Origin: Candidatus Eiseniibacteriota bacterium
GTDB taxonomy: Bacteria; Eisenbacteria; RBG-16-71-46
Direction: 5' to 3'
Length of the DNA: 64,000 nt
Assembly: GCA_031370785.1 (NCBI GenBank)
Contig: JANMQY010000042.1
Span: 9,612 to 73,611, forward strand
Shown: positions 9,716 through 23,327 of the stretch, in pieces
Layout: every line of letters begins with the position of its first letter
Position numbering within the stretch: position 1 is the first letter of the stretch
Program-made: the position numbers and the translations under genes
The notes under the pieces: generated by a model
What the model saw: only the letters and a program-made list of their open reading frames with translations
Told to the model about the DNA's origin: nothing
Database searches by the model: none

Positions 9716-10300
9716 TCAGTAGTGAAACGTCAGCCGGGCCGAGAGCAGCGTCCAGGGATCCTTCTTGAGGAATGCGGCATGTCCGGCCACCTCGAACCCG
9801 ATCGCGACCGGACGGACCCTGGCCGAGATCAGCGTCGCTTCGAGCGCAACGCCGGGCGCGATCTCTCCCACCGCCAGACTGTCGAACGCGAAGCCGCCGG
9901 CGCTGCTCGAGATCTCGGCGCGCGCGCTCATCACCGCCGGACCGAACGAGAGGCGGTGGATCGGGCCCAGCCGGTCGGTCCGCCAGTGTGCGAGCAGCGC
10001 GGTTTCGAACACGCTGTAGTCCACGTTCGCATACAGGCTGCCGCTGTGGCTGGTGATCCCGCCGAGCAGATGCTCGTTCACTTCGAGCCCGAATCGCCAG
10101 TTGGGCGAGAGCGGATAGTCGATCCCCACCCCGAGCGAGATCGAGCCGGCGGGATTCTCATGGATGAACAGCTTGGAGAAACCCGCCGAGAGGTGGCCAC
10201 GCAATGCTTCGAGCGTGGGACCGGCGTCGGACGGCGCGGCCGAGGTGACGAGCGCGAGGAGGGTCACCAGGGCGATCAGGCTGCTTCGAAGGCGCTGCAT
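9716..10300 (-). CDS. Hypothetical exported protein, probable small outer-membrane beta-barrel
   Basis: Signal peptide (MQRLRSSLIALVTLLALVTSAAPSDA), alternating amphipathic strands, and an aromatic C-terminus LSARLTFHY. Confidence 0.6.
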   Translation of the reverse strand: MQRLRSSLIALVTLLALVTSAAPSDAGPTLEALRGHLSAGFSKLFIHENPAGSISLGVGIDYPLSPNWRFGLEVNEHLLGGITSHSGSLYANVDYSVFETALLAHWRTDRLGPIHRLSFGPAVMSARAEISSSAGGFAFDSLAVGEIAPGVALEATLISARVRPVAIGFEVAGHAAFLKKDPWTLLSARLTFHY

Positions 10301-10314
10301 GGATTCTCCCGCGC

Positions 10315-11370
10315 TCATTTGTTGAAGCGGATCTCGAGACACTCGCCGTCGGCGACCACGTATTCGCGTCCTTCCAGGCGAAGCGCCCCCTTCTCGCGGG
10401 CCTTCGAATGCCCGCCCAGCTCCAGCAGCTTCTCCCAGCCGATCACCTCGGCACGGATGAATCCCTTCGCGAGATCCGAGTGGATCTCGGCGGCCGCATC
10501 GACCGCGGTCTCGCCCTGGCGGATGGTCCAGGCGCGCACCTCGTCGGGGCCGACCGTGAAGAACGAGATCAGCCCGAGCAGCCGATAGCAGGCCCGGATC
10601 AGCATCGAGAGCCCGTCCTCGGCCATCCCGAGCTCGGCGCGGAACGCGGCGCGCTCGCCCTCCGGCAGCGCGACGATCTCGCGCTCGAGATGCGCGCGCA
10701 GCGCCACGGTCGGCAACGCCCCCGCGGCCGCGGGTCCGGTCCGCGTGGCGTCGTCGTCCTGGTTGTACACCGCGAGCAGAGGCTTGAGCGTCAGAAACTG
10801 AAAGCCGCGCAGCAGGCGCTGCTCTTCGGCGTCGAACTTCTGTCCGCCGAGCAGGGTTTCGGATTCGAGCAGGCTCTTCAACCGGGTGAGCAGCGTGTGC
10901 TCGCGCTCGTTCTGCTTCTTGCCGATTCTCAGCTCCTTCGCGACCTTCTCGAGCCGATTCTCGACGATCGCCAGGTCGCTCAGGATCAGCTCGGCCTCGA
11001 GGGTCTTGAGATCGCGGGCCGGGTCCACTCCGCCCGGCGCCGGAATTGCGGCACTTTCGAAGTCACGCACCACCAGCAGTAGCGCATCGCAATTGCGCAC
11101 GCCCGAGAACAGGTCGGGGCCTTTGGCCGCGGCCCGCGCGCTGGTGTGTCCGGCCGCCGCGCTGTCCACGAACTGGATCTGGGTGCAGGTGGTCTTCTTC
11201 GGCTGGTAGAGCGCCGAGAGCTGGTCCACGCGCGGGTCGGGTACGCGCACCATCCCGATCTGCTCGCGCGCGGCGGCCGAGGGCGCGCCGGAACCCGCTC
11301 CCTGCATCAGGATCTCGAACACGGTGGTCTTGCCCGACTGCGGCAGACCCAGGATCCCCACGCGTTTCAT
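10315..11370 (-). CDS. ychF: YchF/Obg-like ATPase with C-terminal DUF933/TGS domain (divergent)
   Basis: GLPQSGKT P-loop, VPDPR, LISFFTVG, EIHSDLAKGFIRAEV and LEGREYVVADG. Confidence 0.85.
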   Translation of the reverse strand: MKRVGILGLPQSGKTTVFEILMQGAGSGAPSAAAREQIGMVRVPDPRVDQLSALYQPKKTTCTQIQFVDSAAAGHTSARAAAKGPDLFSGVRNCDALLLVVRDFESAAIPAPGGVDPARDLKTLEAELILSDLAIVENRLEKVAKELRIGKKQNEREHTLLTRLKSLLESETLLGGQKFDAEEQRLLRGFQFLTLKPLLAVYNQDDDATRTGPAAAGALPTVALRAHLEREIVALPEGERAAFRAELGMAEDGLSMLIRACYRLLGLISFFTVGPDEVRAWTIRQGETAVDAAAEIHSDLAKGFIRAEVIGWEKLLELGGHSKAREKGALRLEGREYVVADGECLEIRFNK

Positions 11371-11436
11371 CGACTCTTTCGGGCTGGAGGACAAAGAATC
11401 GCCCGCAGGGTGTTCCCGCGGGCGATCGCGACACGC

Positions 11437-11466
11437 AGTCTAGGTTCGCAAGTGGAGCACTGTCAA
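11437..11466 (-). promoter_or_regulatory. Putative sigma-70 promoter of ychF
   Basis: TTGACA-N18-TAGACT. Confidence 0.5.
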
Positions 11467-11708
11467 TCGGTGGAGTCGGCCTCGCGATACGCGCGGGTCA
11501 GCACCACGCGGAGACGCTCGGTGATGTGCACCGGCACTTCGACACGGCGCTCGCTCTGATAGAGCACGATGGTCTTCTTGATGGTGTCGACCTCGACCTG
11601 ACAGTCGTGGCATTGCGCCAGGTGGGCCTCGATGACGCGGCACAGGTCCGCGCGTGCGTCCTCGTCGAGATAATCGGCGATCTGGTCCAGTACCTCGTTA
11701 CAATTCAC
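11463..11708 (-). CDS. Small zf-HC2 (ZAS-type anti-sigma zinc-finger) protein, 81 aa
   Basis: VNCNEVLDQIADYLD...IEAHLAQCHDC contains the N-terminal Cys and the HxxxCxxC motif. Confidence 0.75.
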   Translation of the reverse strand: MNCNEVLDQIADYLDEDARADLCRVIEAHLAQCHDCQVEVDTIKKTIVLYQSERRVEVPVHITERLRVVLTRAYREADSTD

Positions 11709-11912
11709 GTCTCGACTCTCCGATGTCTGGCCCTGGTCTCTTGTCTTGCGGCCGGATACGGGTGAGGGCGCTCGAGCGTGCACACCCGGCGCTCTAGATG
11801 CGGCGGCCGGTCGGTAGGTTTGCAAAAATCTGACAGGGGTTCAAAGACTTTCGCGAGAAGCCGCTCAGGCGCCGGCAGAGCCGCATGCGCCCGCTTCCCC
11901 AAGGCGCGAGAT

Positions 11913-11988
11913 TGGTGACCCGTGCTGGGATCGAACCAGCGACACCCTGCTTAAAAGGCAGGTGCTCTACCGACTGAGCTAACGGGTC
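11913..11988 (-). tRNA. tRNA-Lys(UUU)
   Basis: GACCCGTTAGCTCAGTCGGTAGAGCACCTGCCTTTTAAGCAGGGTGTCGCTGGTTCGATCCCAGCACGGGTCACCA forms a full cloverleaf with encoded CCA. Confidence 0.97.
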
Positions 11989-12076
11989 ACCGTGCACGTG
12001 CGTGCATTGGAATCCCCCGCCTCCTGGACCCTGCGCGAGGGGATCACGGCGGAAGAAGACGGGTCGACGCGCCACC

Positions 12077-12105
12077 TTTATAGAGTGTGAAGTGGGGTGA
12101 AGCAA
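12077..12105 (-). promoter_or_regulatory. Putative sigma-70 promoter of tRNA-Lys
   Basis: TTGCTT-N17-TATAAA. Confidence 0.55.
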
Positions 12106-12114
12106 CCGCCCGGG

Positions 12115-12549
12115 TCAGCGATCGATGCTCCGCGCGAAATCTCGATACGTTCCGACCGTTCCGCGATGCGCCGCGGCAAAGCTGTCGGCCTCGGCTCGCT
12201 CGAAGAACGCCGCGTAACCGCCCGGCATCGGCGTCTGGAATTCTCCGTGCACCACCCACATCGAATCCGCGCGATGCAGCCGATAGCGCTCGTGATCGGG
12301 CAGGTATGCGCTGCGAGCGGTAACGTCGGGCGCGTCGCGCATCATGCAGCTGATCGCGTCGTACACTTTCCACGCTCCGTCCGAGGCGCGCTCGCAGGCA
12401 AAATGCAGGTCCTCGGCCGGCATGCGGCAGTACGCGCACGGCGTGCCGGTGCGGATGAGCGGCGGCGCGATCTCGCCCGAGCATCCGGCGAGTGCGAGCA
12501 CGATCGCGGCGGCGTGGAGAGCGAGCGCGGCCGCGCGGTCGCACGCCAT
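12115..12549 (-). CDS. nosL: NosL-family lipoprotein (copper-chaperone-like)
   Basis: Lipobox LAGC, CAYCRM, YDAISCM and TPMPGGYAAF match the NosL CxxCxM ... D...C ... TPM pattern. The ATG overlaps the purA stop. Confidence 0.7.
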   Translation of the reverse strand: MACDRAAALALHAAAIVLALAGCSGEIAPPLIRTGTPCAYCRMPAEDLHFACERASDGAWKVYDAISCMMRDAPDVTARSAYLPDHERYRLHRADSMWVVHGEFQTPMPGGYAAFFERAEADSFAAAHRGTVGTYRDFARSIDR

Positions 12550-13820
12550 CAGGCTCTCGGAACTTCCGCGTCGCGCTCGGCGCCGACCGACACCGAGGAG
12601 ATCCGCACGCCGACCGCGCGCTCGACCCATTCCAGGTACTCGCGGGCGAGCTGAGGGAGATCGCTCCAGCGCCGCGCCGCACTGGTCTCGGCTTTCCATC
12701 CCTTGAACGACCGCCACTCCGGCCGGATATGCGTAAAGCCGGCAGCGGAGTTGGGAAAAGCGTCGATCCGCACGCCGTCGATCTGGTAGGCCTCGAGCAC
12801 GCGAATCTCGTCGAAATCGTCGAGTACGTCGAGCTTGGTCACGACCAGATCGTCGAATCCGTTGATGCGCGCCGCGTAGCGCAGCGCCGGAAGATCCAGC
12901 CACCCGCAGCGCCGTGGCCGCCCGGTGGTGGCGCCGTACTCTTCACCCGCCTCGCGCAGTCGCGCCGCCTCGCCCTCCGGCATCTCGCTCGGGAACGGCC
13001 CGTTCCCGACCCGCGTTGCGTAGGCCTTGGTCACGCCGATCACGCGATCCACCGCGCGTGGGCCGAGCCCGACCCCGAGCGGCGCGCCGGCCGCCGAAGC
13101 TGCGGAGGAGGTCACGAACGGATAGGTGCCGTGGTCGAGGTCGAGCAGCGTGCCCTGCGCGCCCTCGAGCAGGATGCGCTTTCCCGCGCGCCGCGCGCGC
13201 TCGAGCTCCGCTCCGACATCGGTGACCAGCGGCGCGAAACCACTGGCCGTCGCGCGCAGCTCTTCGTACAGCGAAGCGCCGCTCATCGCCGGGATGGACT
13301 CCACCTCGGGATACTCGAGGCGCAGCCGGTGCAGGTTGCGCTCGCACGCCGCGATGAATCCCTCGCGATCGGCGAGGTCGCCGACCCTCAAGCCAGTGCG
13401 CGCCGCCTTGTCGCGATAGGCGAAGCCGATTCCGCGGCCGGTGGTTCCGATCGCGCCGGGCCCGCGCTCGGCGGCCTCCTCGACCGCGCGATGATAGGGA
13501 AGGATCAGGTGCGCGGCCGCGCTGATCCCGAGGCGGGGACGAACCTCGATCCCGAGCGCTTCGAGCTTCTGGATCTCCTCGTTGAGGCGCAGCAGGTCCA
13601 CCACCACGCCGTTGCCGATCAGGCAGCGCTTTCCAGGATGCATCACGCCCGATGGCACCAGGTGCAGCACGACCGTCTGGTCGCCGCGCATCACGCTGTG
13701 CCCGGCGTTGGGGCCGCCCTGGTAGCGCGCGACAACGTCGGCATCCGCGCTCAGCGCGTCGACGATCTTGCCCTTGCCTTCATCGCCCCACTGGGCGCCA
13801 ACCACCACCGTACACGGCAT
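12549..13820 (-). CDS. purA: Adenylosuccinate synthetase
   Basis: GAQWGDEGKGK, GGPNAGH, EGAQG, YPFVTSS and TTGRPRRCGW. Confidence 0.97.
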   Translation of the reverse strand: MPCTVVVGAQWGDEGKGKIVDALSADADVVARYQGGPNAGHSVMRGDQTVVLHLVPSGVMHPGKRCLIGNGVVVDLLRLNEEIQKLEALGIEVRPRLGISAAAHLILPYHRAVEEAAERGPGAIGTTGRGIGFAYRDKAARTGLRVGDLADREGFIAACERNLHRLRLEYPEVESIPAMSGASLYEELRATASGFAPLVTDVGAELERARRAGKRILLEGAQGTLLDLDHGTYPFVTSSAASAAGAPLGVGLGPRAVDRVIGVTKAYATRVGNGPFPSEMPEGEAARLREAGEEYGATTGRPRRCGWLDLPALRYAARINGFDDLVVTKLDVLDDFDEIRVLEAYQIDGVRIDAFPNSAAGFTHIRPEWRSFKGWKAETSAARRWSDLPQLAREYLEWVERAVGVRISSVSVGAERDAEVPRA

Positions 13821-13927
13821 GCGACAACCCTCCCAGAAAAACCGGGCGGCACGCTAGCAGAGGGTGATGGGGATTGCCAGCGAAGCTACGGCGTGTCGAT
13901 CGCGACGGCGCCGCGCGCTGCGGCGCG

Positions 13928-14848
13928 TCAGCCCTCAAGCTCGGCGAGAGCCTCGAGCAGTGCGCTCGCCGCTTCGTCGCCCGCGCGGCGCTGCGCCTCG
14001 TGGGTCGACGCCCCGAGATGCGGCAGCGCGATGACGTTGGGCAGGTCGAGCAGCGGGTTTTTTCCCGGCGGCTCGGTCGCGAACACATCGATGCCCGCGC
14101 CGCGCAGCCGGCCGTTGCTCAGAGCATCGTGCAGCGCGACCTCGTCCACCACCCCGCCGCGCGCGACATTGATCAGCAGGGCGTCGGGACGCATCGCCTG
14201 CAGCTCGCGCTCGCCGATCAGGTTTCGCGTGTCGGGCGAGAGCGGAACATGGAGCGAGACCACGTCCGCCTCGGCGAGCAGCGTCTCGAGCGCGGCCCTG
14301 CGCACCCACTCGAATCCGGAGGGCCACGGCGAGATCAGGGGATCGCAGGCCCACACCCGCATCGAGAACGCGTTCGCGCGGTGCGCGACCTCGCGGCCGA
14401 CGCGTCCGAAACCGATCAGTCCGAGGCAGCGGCCGGCGATCTCGCGCCCGGTGTACCTGGTCTTCTCCCAGTGACCGTGCTTGAGATCGGTGGAGGCCGG
14501 GATCAGATGGCGTTCGAGTGCGAGCAGCAGCGCGAAGGTCAGCTCGGCGACCGAGATCGAGTTCGCCGCCGGAGTGTTGAAGACGGCGATGCCATGGCGA
14601 CGCGCAACCGCCAGATCGACGTTGTCGAGTCCCACCCCCGCGCGCACCACCACCTTGAGCGTCGGCGTGCCGCGCAGCACCTCGCCGGTCACCCGCGCAC
14701 CGCCGCGAACCAGCAGCGCGTGACAGCCCTGAAGCGCACGAGTCAGCTCCGCGCCCTGCGCGCCGAGAGCCTCGACCACTTCGTGCCCGGCATCGCGCAC
14801 GCGGGCGAGCGCGCCGGCATCGATGCGATCCGCGACCAGCACCTTCAT
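13928..14848 (-). CDS. serA: D-3-phosphoglycerate dehydrogenase-like 2-hydroxyacid dehydrogenase, no ACT domain
   Basis: RAGVGLDN, GFGRVG, NVARGG, DVFATEP and PHLGASTHEAQ. The ATG overlaps the aminotransferase stop. Confidence 0.8.
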   Translation of the reverse strand: MKVLVADRIDAGALARVRDAGHEVVEALGAQGAELTRALQGCHALLVRGGARVTGEVLRGTPTLKVVVRAGVGLDNVDLAVARRHGIAVFNTPAANSISVAELTFALLLALERHLIPASTDLKHGHWEKTRYTGREIAGRCLGLIGFGRVGREVAHRANAFSMRVWACDPLISPWPSGFEWVRRAALETLLAEADVVSLHVPLSPDTRNLIGERELQAMRPDALLINVARGGVVDEVALHDALSNGRLRGAGIDVFATEPPGKNPLLDLPNVIALPHLGASTHEAQRRAGDEAASALLEALAELEG

Positions 14849-15996
14849 GCCGCCTCCCATGCGCGGCTGGCCGCGGCCGCCGCGCTGGATGCGCCAGCAG
14901 TCGATCCGCCGAGCGCGCTCACGCACTCCTCGAGCGCTCCGAGCAGCAGGTGCACGTCCCCGAGGTCGTAGGCGCCCATGTGGCCGACCCGGACGATCAG
15001 ACCCTTGAGCCGATCCTGCCCTCCCGCCACCACCATTCCGTGCACGTGGAGCAGGCGTTTCACCACCGCCGAGGCCTCGACCCCGGTCGGCGGGACGAGC
15101 GCGGTGACCGCGTGCGATGGGCTCGACGAGAAGAGGTGGAAGCGCAGCGCGGTCGCGCCCGCGCGCATCGCATGCGCGAGACGGCGATGGCGGTGATGCA
15201 CCTCATCGATTCCCTCCTCGCGCATCATGGCGAGCGCCTCCTCGAGCGCGAGCACCAGGCTGACCGGCGGGGTGAACGCGGTCTCGCCGAGCGGCAGGCT
15301 CTTGAGCGCCCTGCGCAGATCGAAGTAGAACCGCGGCAGGCTCGCGCGCTCGATCAGCGCCAGCGCGGGAGGCATCACGCTCACCGTCGCGATCCCGGGC
15401 GGGACCATCAGTCCTTTCTGCGATCCGCACACGACCACGTCGATACCCCATGCATCCTGCGGCAGCGGATGCACCGCGAGGCTCGTGACCGCGTCCACGA
15501 TCGTGCGCCGCCCGCGCTCGCGGGCGAGCCGGGCGATGGCCTGGACGTCGTGGAGCGCGCCGGTCGAAGTCTCGCTGTGCGTGCAGAACACCGCCGCGAT
15601 CGAGGCATCGGCGTCGAGCGCCGCCGCGACCGCGGCCGGCTCGACCGCGTGTCCCCACTCGACGTCGACGGTCAGATGCGGCACTCCGTACGCCTTGAGA
15701 ATGCCGGCCCAGCGCTCGCCGAACTTGCCGCCGGTGATCGCAAGCGCGCGCTCGCCCGGCGCGAGGAAGTTGACGACCGCGGCTTCCATCGCGCCCGAAC
15801 CCGAGGCGGGCAACAGCAGGACTTCCCCGCTCGTGCCGTGCAGCTGCTTGAGCGAGGCGAGCACGCGGCGCAGCGTGTCGCGAAACCCGTCGGTGCGATG
15901 ATGCGGGGGCACCTGCGCCAGGGCGCGAAGCACCCGGGCAGGTATCTCGACTGGCCCGGGCGTGAACAGACGAACGCGGCGCGGCCCCGCGGTCAT
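14845..15996 (-). CDS. Class V PLP aminotransferase (serine-pyruvate/alanine-glyoxylate family)
   Basis: FTPGP, SGSGAMEA, HSETSTG, DAVTS, GSQKGLM and RVGHMG. Confidence 0.9.
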   Translation of the reverse strand: MTAGPRRVRLFTPGPVEIPARVLRALAQVPPHHRTDGFRDTLRRVLASLKQLHGTSGEVLLLPASGSGAMEAAVVNFLAPGERALAITGGKFGERWAGILKAYGVPHLTVDVEWGHAVEPAAVAAALDADASIAAVFCTHSETSTGALHDVQAIARLARERGRRTIVDAVTSLAVHPLPQDAWGIDVVVCGSQKGLMVPPGIATVSVMPPALALIERASLPRFYFDLRRALKSLPLGETAFTPPVSLVLALEEALAMMREEGIDEVHHRHRRLAHAMRAGATALRFHLFSSSPSHAVTALVPPTGVEASAVVKRLLHVHGMVVAGGQDRLKGLIVRVGHMGAYDLGDVHLLLGALEECVSALGGSTAGASSAAAAASRAWEAA

Positions 15997-15997
15997 C

Positions 15998-18478
<2,481 letters not shown>

Positions 18479-18599
18479 GGGGTTCTCCCTTATGCAATCG
18501 CTCCGGCCGCCGGGCGGCCGGAGCGCATAGGTTCGATTTCGCGGCGAATCGAGGGTGACGCGCAGCCGTCGAAGCCGCTACGCCACATCGCTCACCGGT

Positions 18600-19859
<1,260 letters not shown>

Positions 19860-19914
19860 GACACTCCCGGATGCAGGGTTCGAGGAAGTCGCGTCTCGGG
19901 GCCTGGTCGCCCGT

Positions 19915-20499
19915 TCAACGGCGCTTCTCGAGAATCTCGTCGATCAGTCCGTAGCTCTTTGCTTCCTGCACGGACATGAAGTTGTTGCGGTCCGTTTCTT
20001 TTTCGATCTGTTCCATGGTGCGGCCGGTGTGCTTGGCGAGGATCGCATTGAGCTGATCCTTCATCTTCATGACTTCCTTGGTGTAGATCTCGATGTCGGT
20101 CACCTGCCCCTGCGTCCCGCCCAGCGGCTGGTGGATCATGATCCGCGAGTTGGGCAGCGCGGTGCGCTTGCCCTTGGCGCCGGCCGCCAGCAGCACCGCG
20201 CCCATGCTCGCCGCCTGGCCCATGCACAGCGTGGCCACGTCGGGCTTCACGAACTGCATCGTGTCGTAGATCGCGAGACCTGCCGAGACCATGCCGCCCG
20301 GGCTGTGGATATAGAGGTTGATGTCGCGGTCCGGATCCTCGCCCTCGAGGAAGATCATCTGGGCGATGACCAGGTTCGCGATCATGTCGTCGATCGGCGT
20401 GCCAATGAAGATGATGCGGTCCTTGAGGAGGCGCGAGAAGATGTCGTACGCGCGCTCACCCCGTCCGGTCTGCTCCACCACGATGGGAACCAGCCCCAT
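19915..20499 (-). CDS. clpP: ATP-dependent Clp protease proteolytic subunit ClpP
   Basis: DIFSRLL, SPGG, GQAASMG and MIHQP. Confidence 0.98.
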   Translation of the reverse strand: MGLVPIVVEQTGRGERAYDIFSRLLKDRIIFIGTPIDDMIANLVIAQMIFLEGEDPDRDINLYIHSPGGMVSAGLAIYDTMQFVKPDVATLCMGQAASMGAVLLAAGAKGKRTALPNSRIMIHQPLGGTQGQVTDIEIYTKEVMKMKDQLNAILAKHTGRTMEQIEKETDRNNFMSVQEAKSYGLIDEILEKRR

Positions 20500-20573
20500 G
20501 CCCCGTCCTCGTCTTTCCTTTGAGAGTACTCAGTGCTTCTCGTGGATGCGGCTCGTGGCCGTCGAGATTCCTT

Positions 20574-21869
20574 TCAACGCACCGCCGGGATCACCAGCGG
20601 TTCCGCCGCGTGCTCTTCACGAACTTCCGCCGCGTTGATCAGCCAGTCGAGCGCCTTGCGCTCGAGCACCGATTCCTTGAGTCCCTGCCGCGCCTCGGAC
20701 GAAAGATAGCGCGCCCTCACCCGCGACGCCTGTCGAGGGTCCGCCTCGACCATGCGCTGAATCTCCTGTCCCACTTCCTCGTCGCTCACCTCGAGCTTCT
20801 CCTGCCGCGCCACCGCGGCCAGCAGCATCTCGCGGCGCAGCGAGCGCTCGACGTTGGGCCGGTAACGCCCCTCCAGCTCCGCGCGCAACGGCACCTGGAT
20901 CTCGCGGCCGCCGGTCGCCTCGTGGAGCACGCGCTCCAGCATGTACTCCACGAGCCGTTCGGGCAACTCGAAGCTGTTCTTCTGGACCAGAGCCTCGGAA
21001 ATCGCCGCCTCCGTCTCGCGCTGGACCCGGACCCGCTCCTCACCCTCGAGGTTGAGACGCACCCGGGAGCGGAGCTCTTCGAGCGAGTCCAGCTTGAAGA
21101 CCTCTCGAGCGAGGTTATCGTCCAGTTCTCTCAGCTTCTTCTCCTGGATTTTGCGCACCTTGATGACGTAGCGGACAGCCTTTCCGGCCACTTCCGCCGC
21201 CGGATAGTCCGCCGGGTAGTTCACGGTGATGGTCCGCTCCTGACCGGCCTCGGCCCCGAGCAGTCCGGCCTCGAGATCGGGCGGAACGCCCTCTGCCCCC
21301 AGCTCGATGCGCCGGGCCTTGGTCCTGCTCCCGCTCAGACGGCGCCCGTTGGCGTCGAGCCGGGTCGAATCCAGCAGCACCACATCCCCGCGCCGCGCCG
21401 GCCGCTCCACGTCCACGAACACCGCGGTGTCGTCGAGCAGGCTGGCCAGCACGCGCTCGACCGCGGCCTCGTCCACCGGCTGCAGCCGGCGGGTGACCGG
21501 AATGCCGCGATAGTCCCTGGCCTCGATCTCGGGCCGCACGTCCACCAGGGCCTCGAAGCGCAGGGGTTCCCCGGGGGAGAATCGCAGGTTTCTCACGAGA
21601 GGCGGGACGACCGGACTCAGTCGCGCCTGGTCCACGGCTTCGCCGGTCACTCGGGGCAGATAGCGCTCGAGGAATTCCTGTTCGACCGAGGCGGCGAAAT
21701 GCTGCCGGACCATGTCGAGCGGCACCCGGCCCTTGCGGAAGCCCGGCATCGCGGCGCGACGCTGGATCTGGCGCGCCACCTCGTCGATGCGGCGCTCCAC
21801 CTCTTCCACGGGGACTTCGATGTCCAGCGCGTGCTGCCAAGCGCCGGTCGAGCGAACCGATAGGTTCAT
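20574..21869 (-). CDS. tig: Trigger factor
   Basis: PGFRKGRVP ribosome-binding motif. Upstream of clpP-clpX-lon. Confidence 0.93.
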   Translation of the reverse strand: MNLSVRSTGAWQHALDIEVPVEEVERRIDEVARQIQRRAAMPGFRKGRVPLDMVRQHFAASVEQEFLERYLPRVTGEAVDQARLSPVVPPLVRNLRFSPGEPLRFEALVDVRPEIEARDYRGIPVTRRLQPVDEAAVERVLASLLDDTAVFVDVERPARRGDVVLLDSTRLDANGRRLSGSRTKARRIELGAEGVPPDLEAGLLGAEAGQERTITVNYPADYPAAEVAGKAVRYVIKVRKIQEKKLRELDDNLAREVFKLDSLEELRSRVRLNLEGEERVRVQRETEAAISEALVQKNSFELPERLVEYMLERVLHEATGGREIQVPLRAELEGRYRPNVERSLRREMLLAAVARQEKLEVSDEEVGQEIQRMVEADPRQASRVRARYLSSEARQGLKESVLERKALDWLINAAEVREEHAAEPLVIPAVR

Positions 21870-21926
21870 GAGCCGACTTCACTCCATCGCAAGGGGGGGT
21901 CGGAAGTTCGAGAGAAGGAGAACGAC

Positions 21927-22008
21927 TGCGAGAGGGGGGATTTGAACCCCCATGAGTTACCCCACCGGATCCTAAATCCGGCGCGTCTGCCAGTTCCGCC
22001 ACTCTCGC
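21927..22008 (-). tRNA. tRNA-Leu(UAG)
   Basis: GCGAGAGTGGCGGAACTGGCAGACGCGCCGGATTTAGGATCCGGTGGGGTAACTCATGGGGGTTCAAATCCCCCCTCTCGCA, with a long variable arm. CCA is not encoded. Confidence 0.95.
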
Positions 22009-22182
22009 TGAAGAACGGCACACCGGAGCGGATGACCGCACGCGCGCGCCGCCTTTCCCTGGCGAACCGGCGCGCCACGAGGAGCACGCGTGAATGGCAT
22101 TCGAGTCCGCGACAGTATAGCACAGCAGCGGACGCGGCTTTACCGGCGCGGTCCTAAGGGTTCGCCCGGGCCGGGGCGCCGC

Positions 22183-23325
22183 TCAGCGCAAGCGCAGAGT
22201 GCCGACCACCCGCTCATCGTACGACTGCGGGGTGCCGGCGCGATCGATGACCCGATGCGTGAGGCCGATCTCGGCGCGCACCTCGCCGAACTTCCAGCCG
22301 AACCCGACTCCGTACAGTGCGGCGCGGGCCTCGGGCACATCCGTCTGCTGCTCCGACCCCAGCCCGAAGCGCACCGTCCACGGATCGCGCGCATCGTGGT
22401 ACTCGCCGGCGATCGCCCAACTCGCGCCAGCGCCGGTGGTCACATCGAAGCCCTTCCATTCGGCGGCGGCGCGTCCGGCCGCCGCGACCAGTACCCGGAA
22501 CGCCGGATCGAGATCGAGACGCGCCGAGAGTCCGCCTTCCCATCCCGAGGCGCGGGTCGCATCGATTGGAGAGCTGCTCGAACCGCTCACCAGATCCGCG
22601 CTCTGCGTGCCGCTCAGCGACAGCTCGGGCATGAAGCGCAACGAAGCGCCGAGCGTGAGCCCACGACCCATCGCGTGGCCCTCGACCCTTGCCCCGAGAG
22701 TGCCACCCACGCCGTCGCCCGAGAACCCGGCGCGATTGACGCCCGAGGCGGGAGAACCGTCTTCGATGTCGGTCTGATACACGTCATCCCGGTGCGTCCA
22801 TTCTCCGGCTGCGCCCACGCGCGCTAGCCCCAACGGAAACGAGACGCCCACCCCGCTGCGCAGCTCGCGCGAGGTGACGCTCGACCTGACCGTCGCCGGC
22901 GTCCCCGGATCGAGCGCGGTGCCAGCGACGTACGCGTTGTCCTCGAGGCGAAGCACGGGCTGCACGAGGTAGGCAGCGACGAGCAGGGGCCCCAGCGGCA
23001 TCGACGCCCACGCCCCGGCGAAGTCGATGTACGCGCCCTGATCGTCGAACTGCCGATTCGACGCGCTCAGATCCTGCCGGCTGTTGTGTTGGATCACCGG
23101 GGACACCTGGACCGCGGGGCCCCCCCGAATCGCGGGGTTGTCGAACGGCTCATCGCCCAGCCAGCGGTCCGCGAGCGCGAGCGCGGCCGAGGAGGCCGAG
23201 CCGGCTGCGGAGACCGAGCCCGGAAACGAGAAGCGCATCGGGGTGATGGGCGATGGTGGCTTGGCGAAGGCGGCCGCAGAGATGAAGCAGGCGGCGAGCC
23301 CGAGTGCGACTGGAATGCGTCTCAT
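22183..23325 (-). CDS. Hypothetical exported protein, probable outer-membrane beta-barrel
   Basis: Signal peptide MRRIPVALGLAACFISAAAFA and Gly/aromatic-rich alternating strands (WTVRFGLG, YGVGFGWKFG, VVGTLRLR). Confidence 0.55.
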   Translation of the reverse strand: MRRIPVALGLAACFISAAAFAKPPSPITPMRFSFPGSVSAAGSASSAALALADRWLGDEPFDNPAIRGGPAVQVSPVIQHNSRQDLSASNRQFDDQGAYIDFAGAWASMPLGPLLVAAYLVQPVLRLEDNAYVAGTALDPGTPATVRSSVTSRELRSGVGVSFPLGLARVGAAGEWTHRDDVYQTDIEDGSPASGVNRAGFSGDGVGGTLGARVEGHAMGRGLTLGASLRFMPELSLSGTQSADLVSGSSSSPIDATRASGWEGGLSARLDLDPAFRVLVAAAGRAAAEWKGFDVTTGAGASWAIAGEYHDARDPWTVRFGLGSEQQTDVPEARAALYGVGFGWKFGEVRAEIGLTHRVIDRAGTPQSYDERVVGTLRLR

Positions 23326-23327
23326 GA

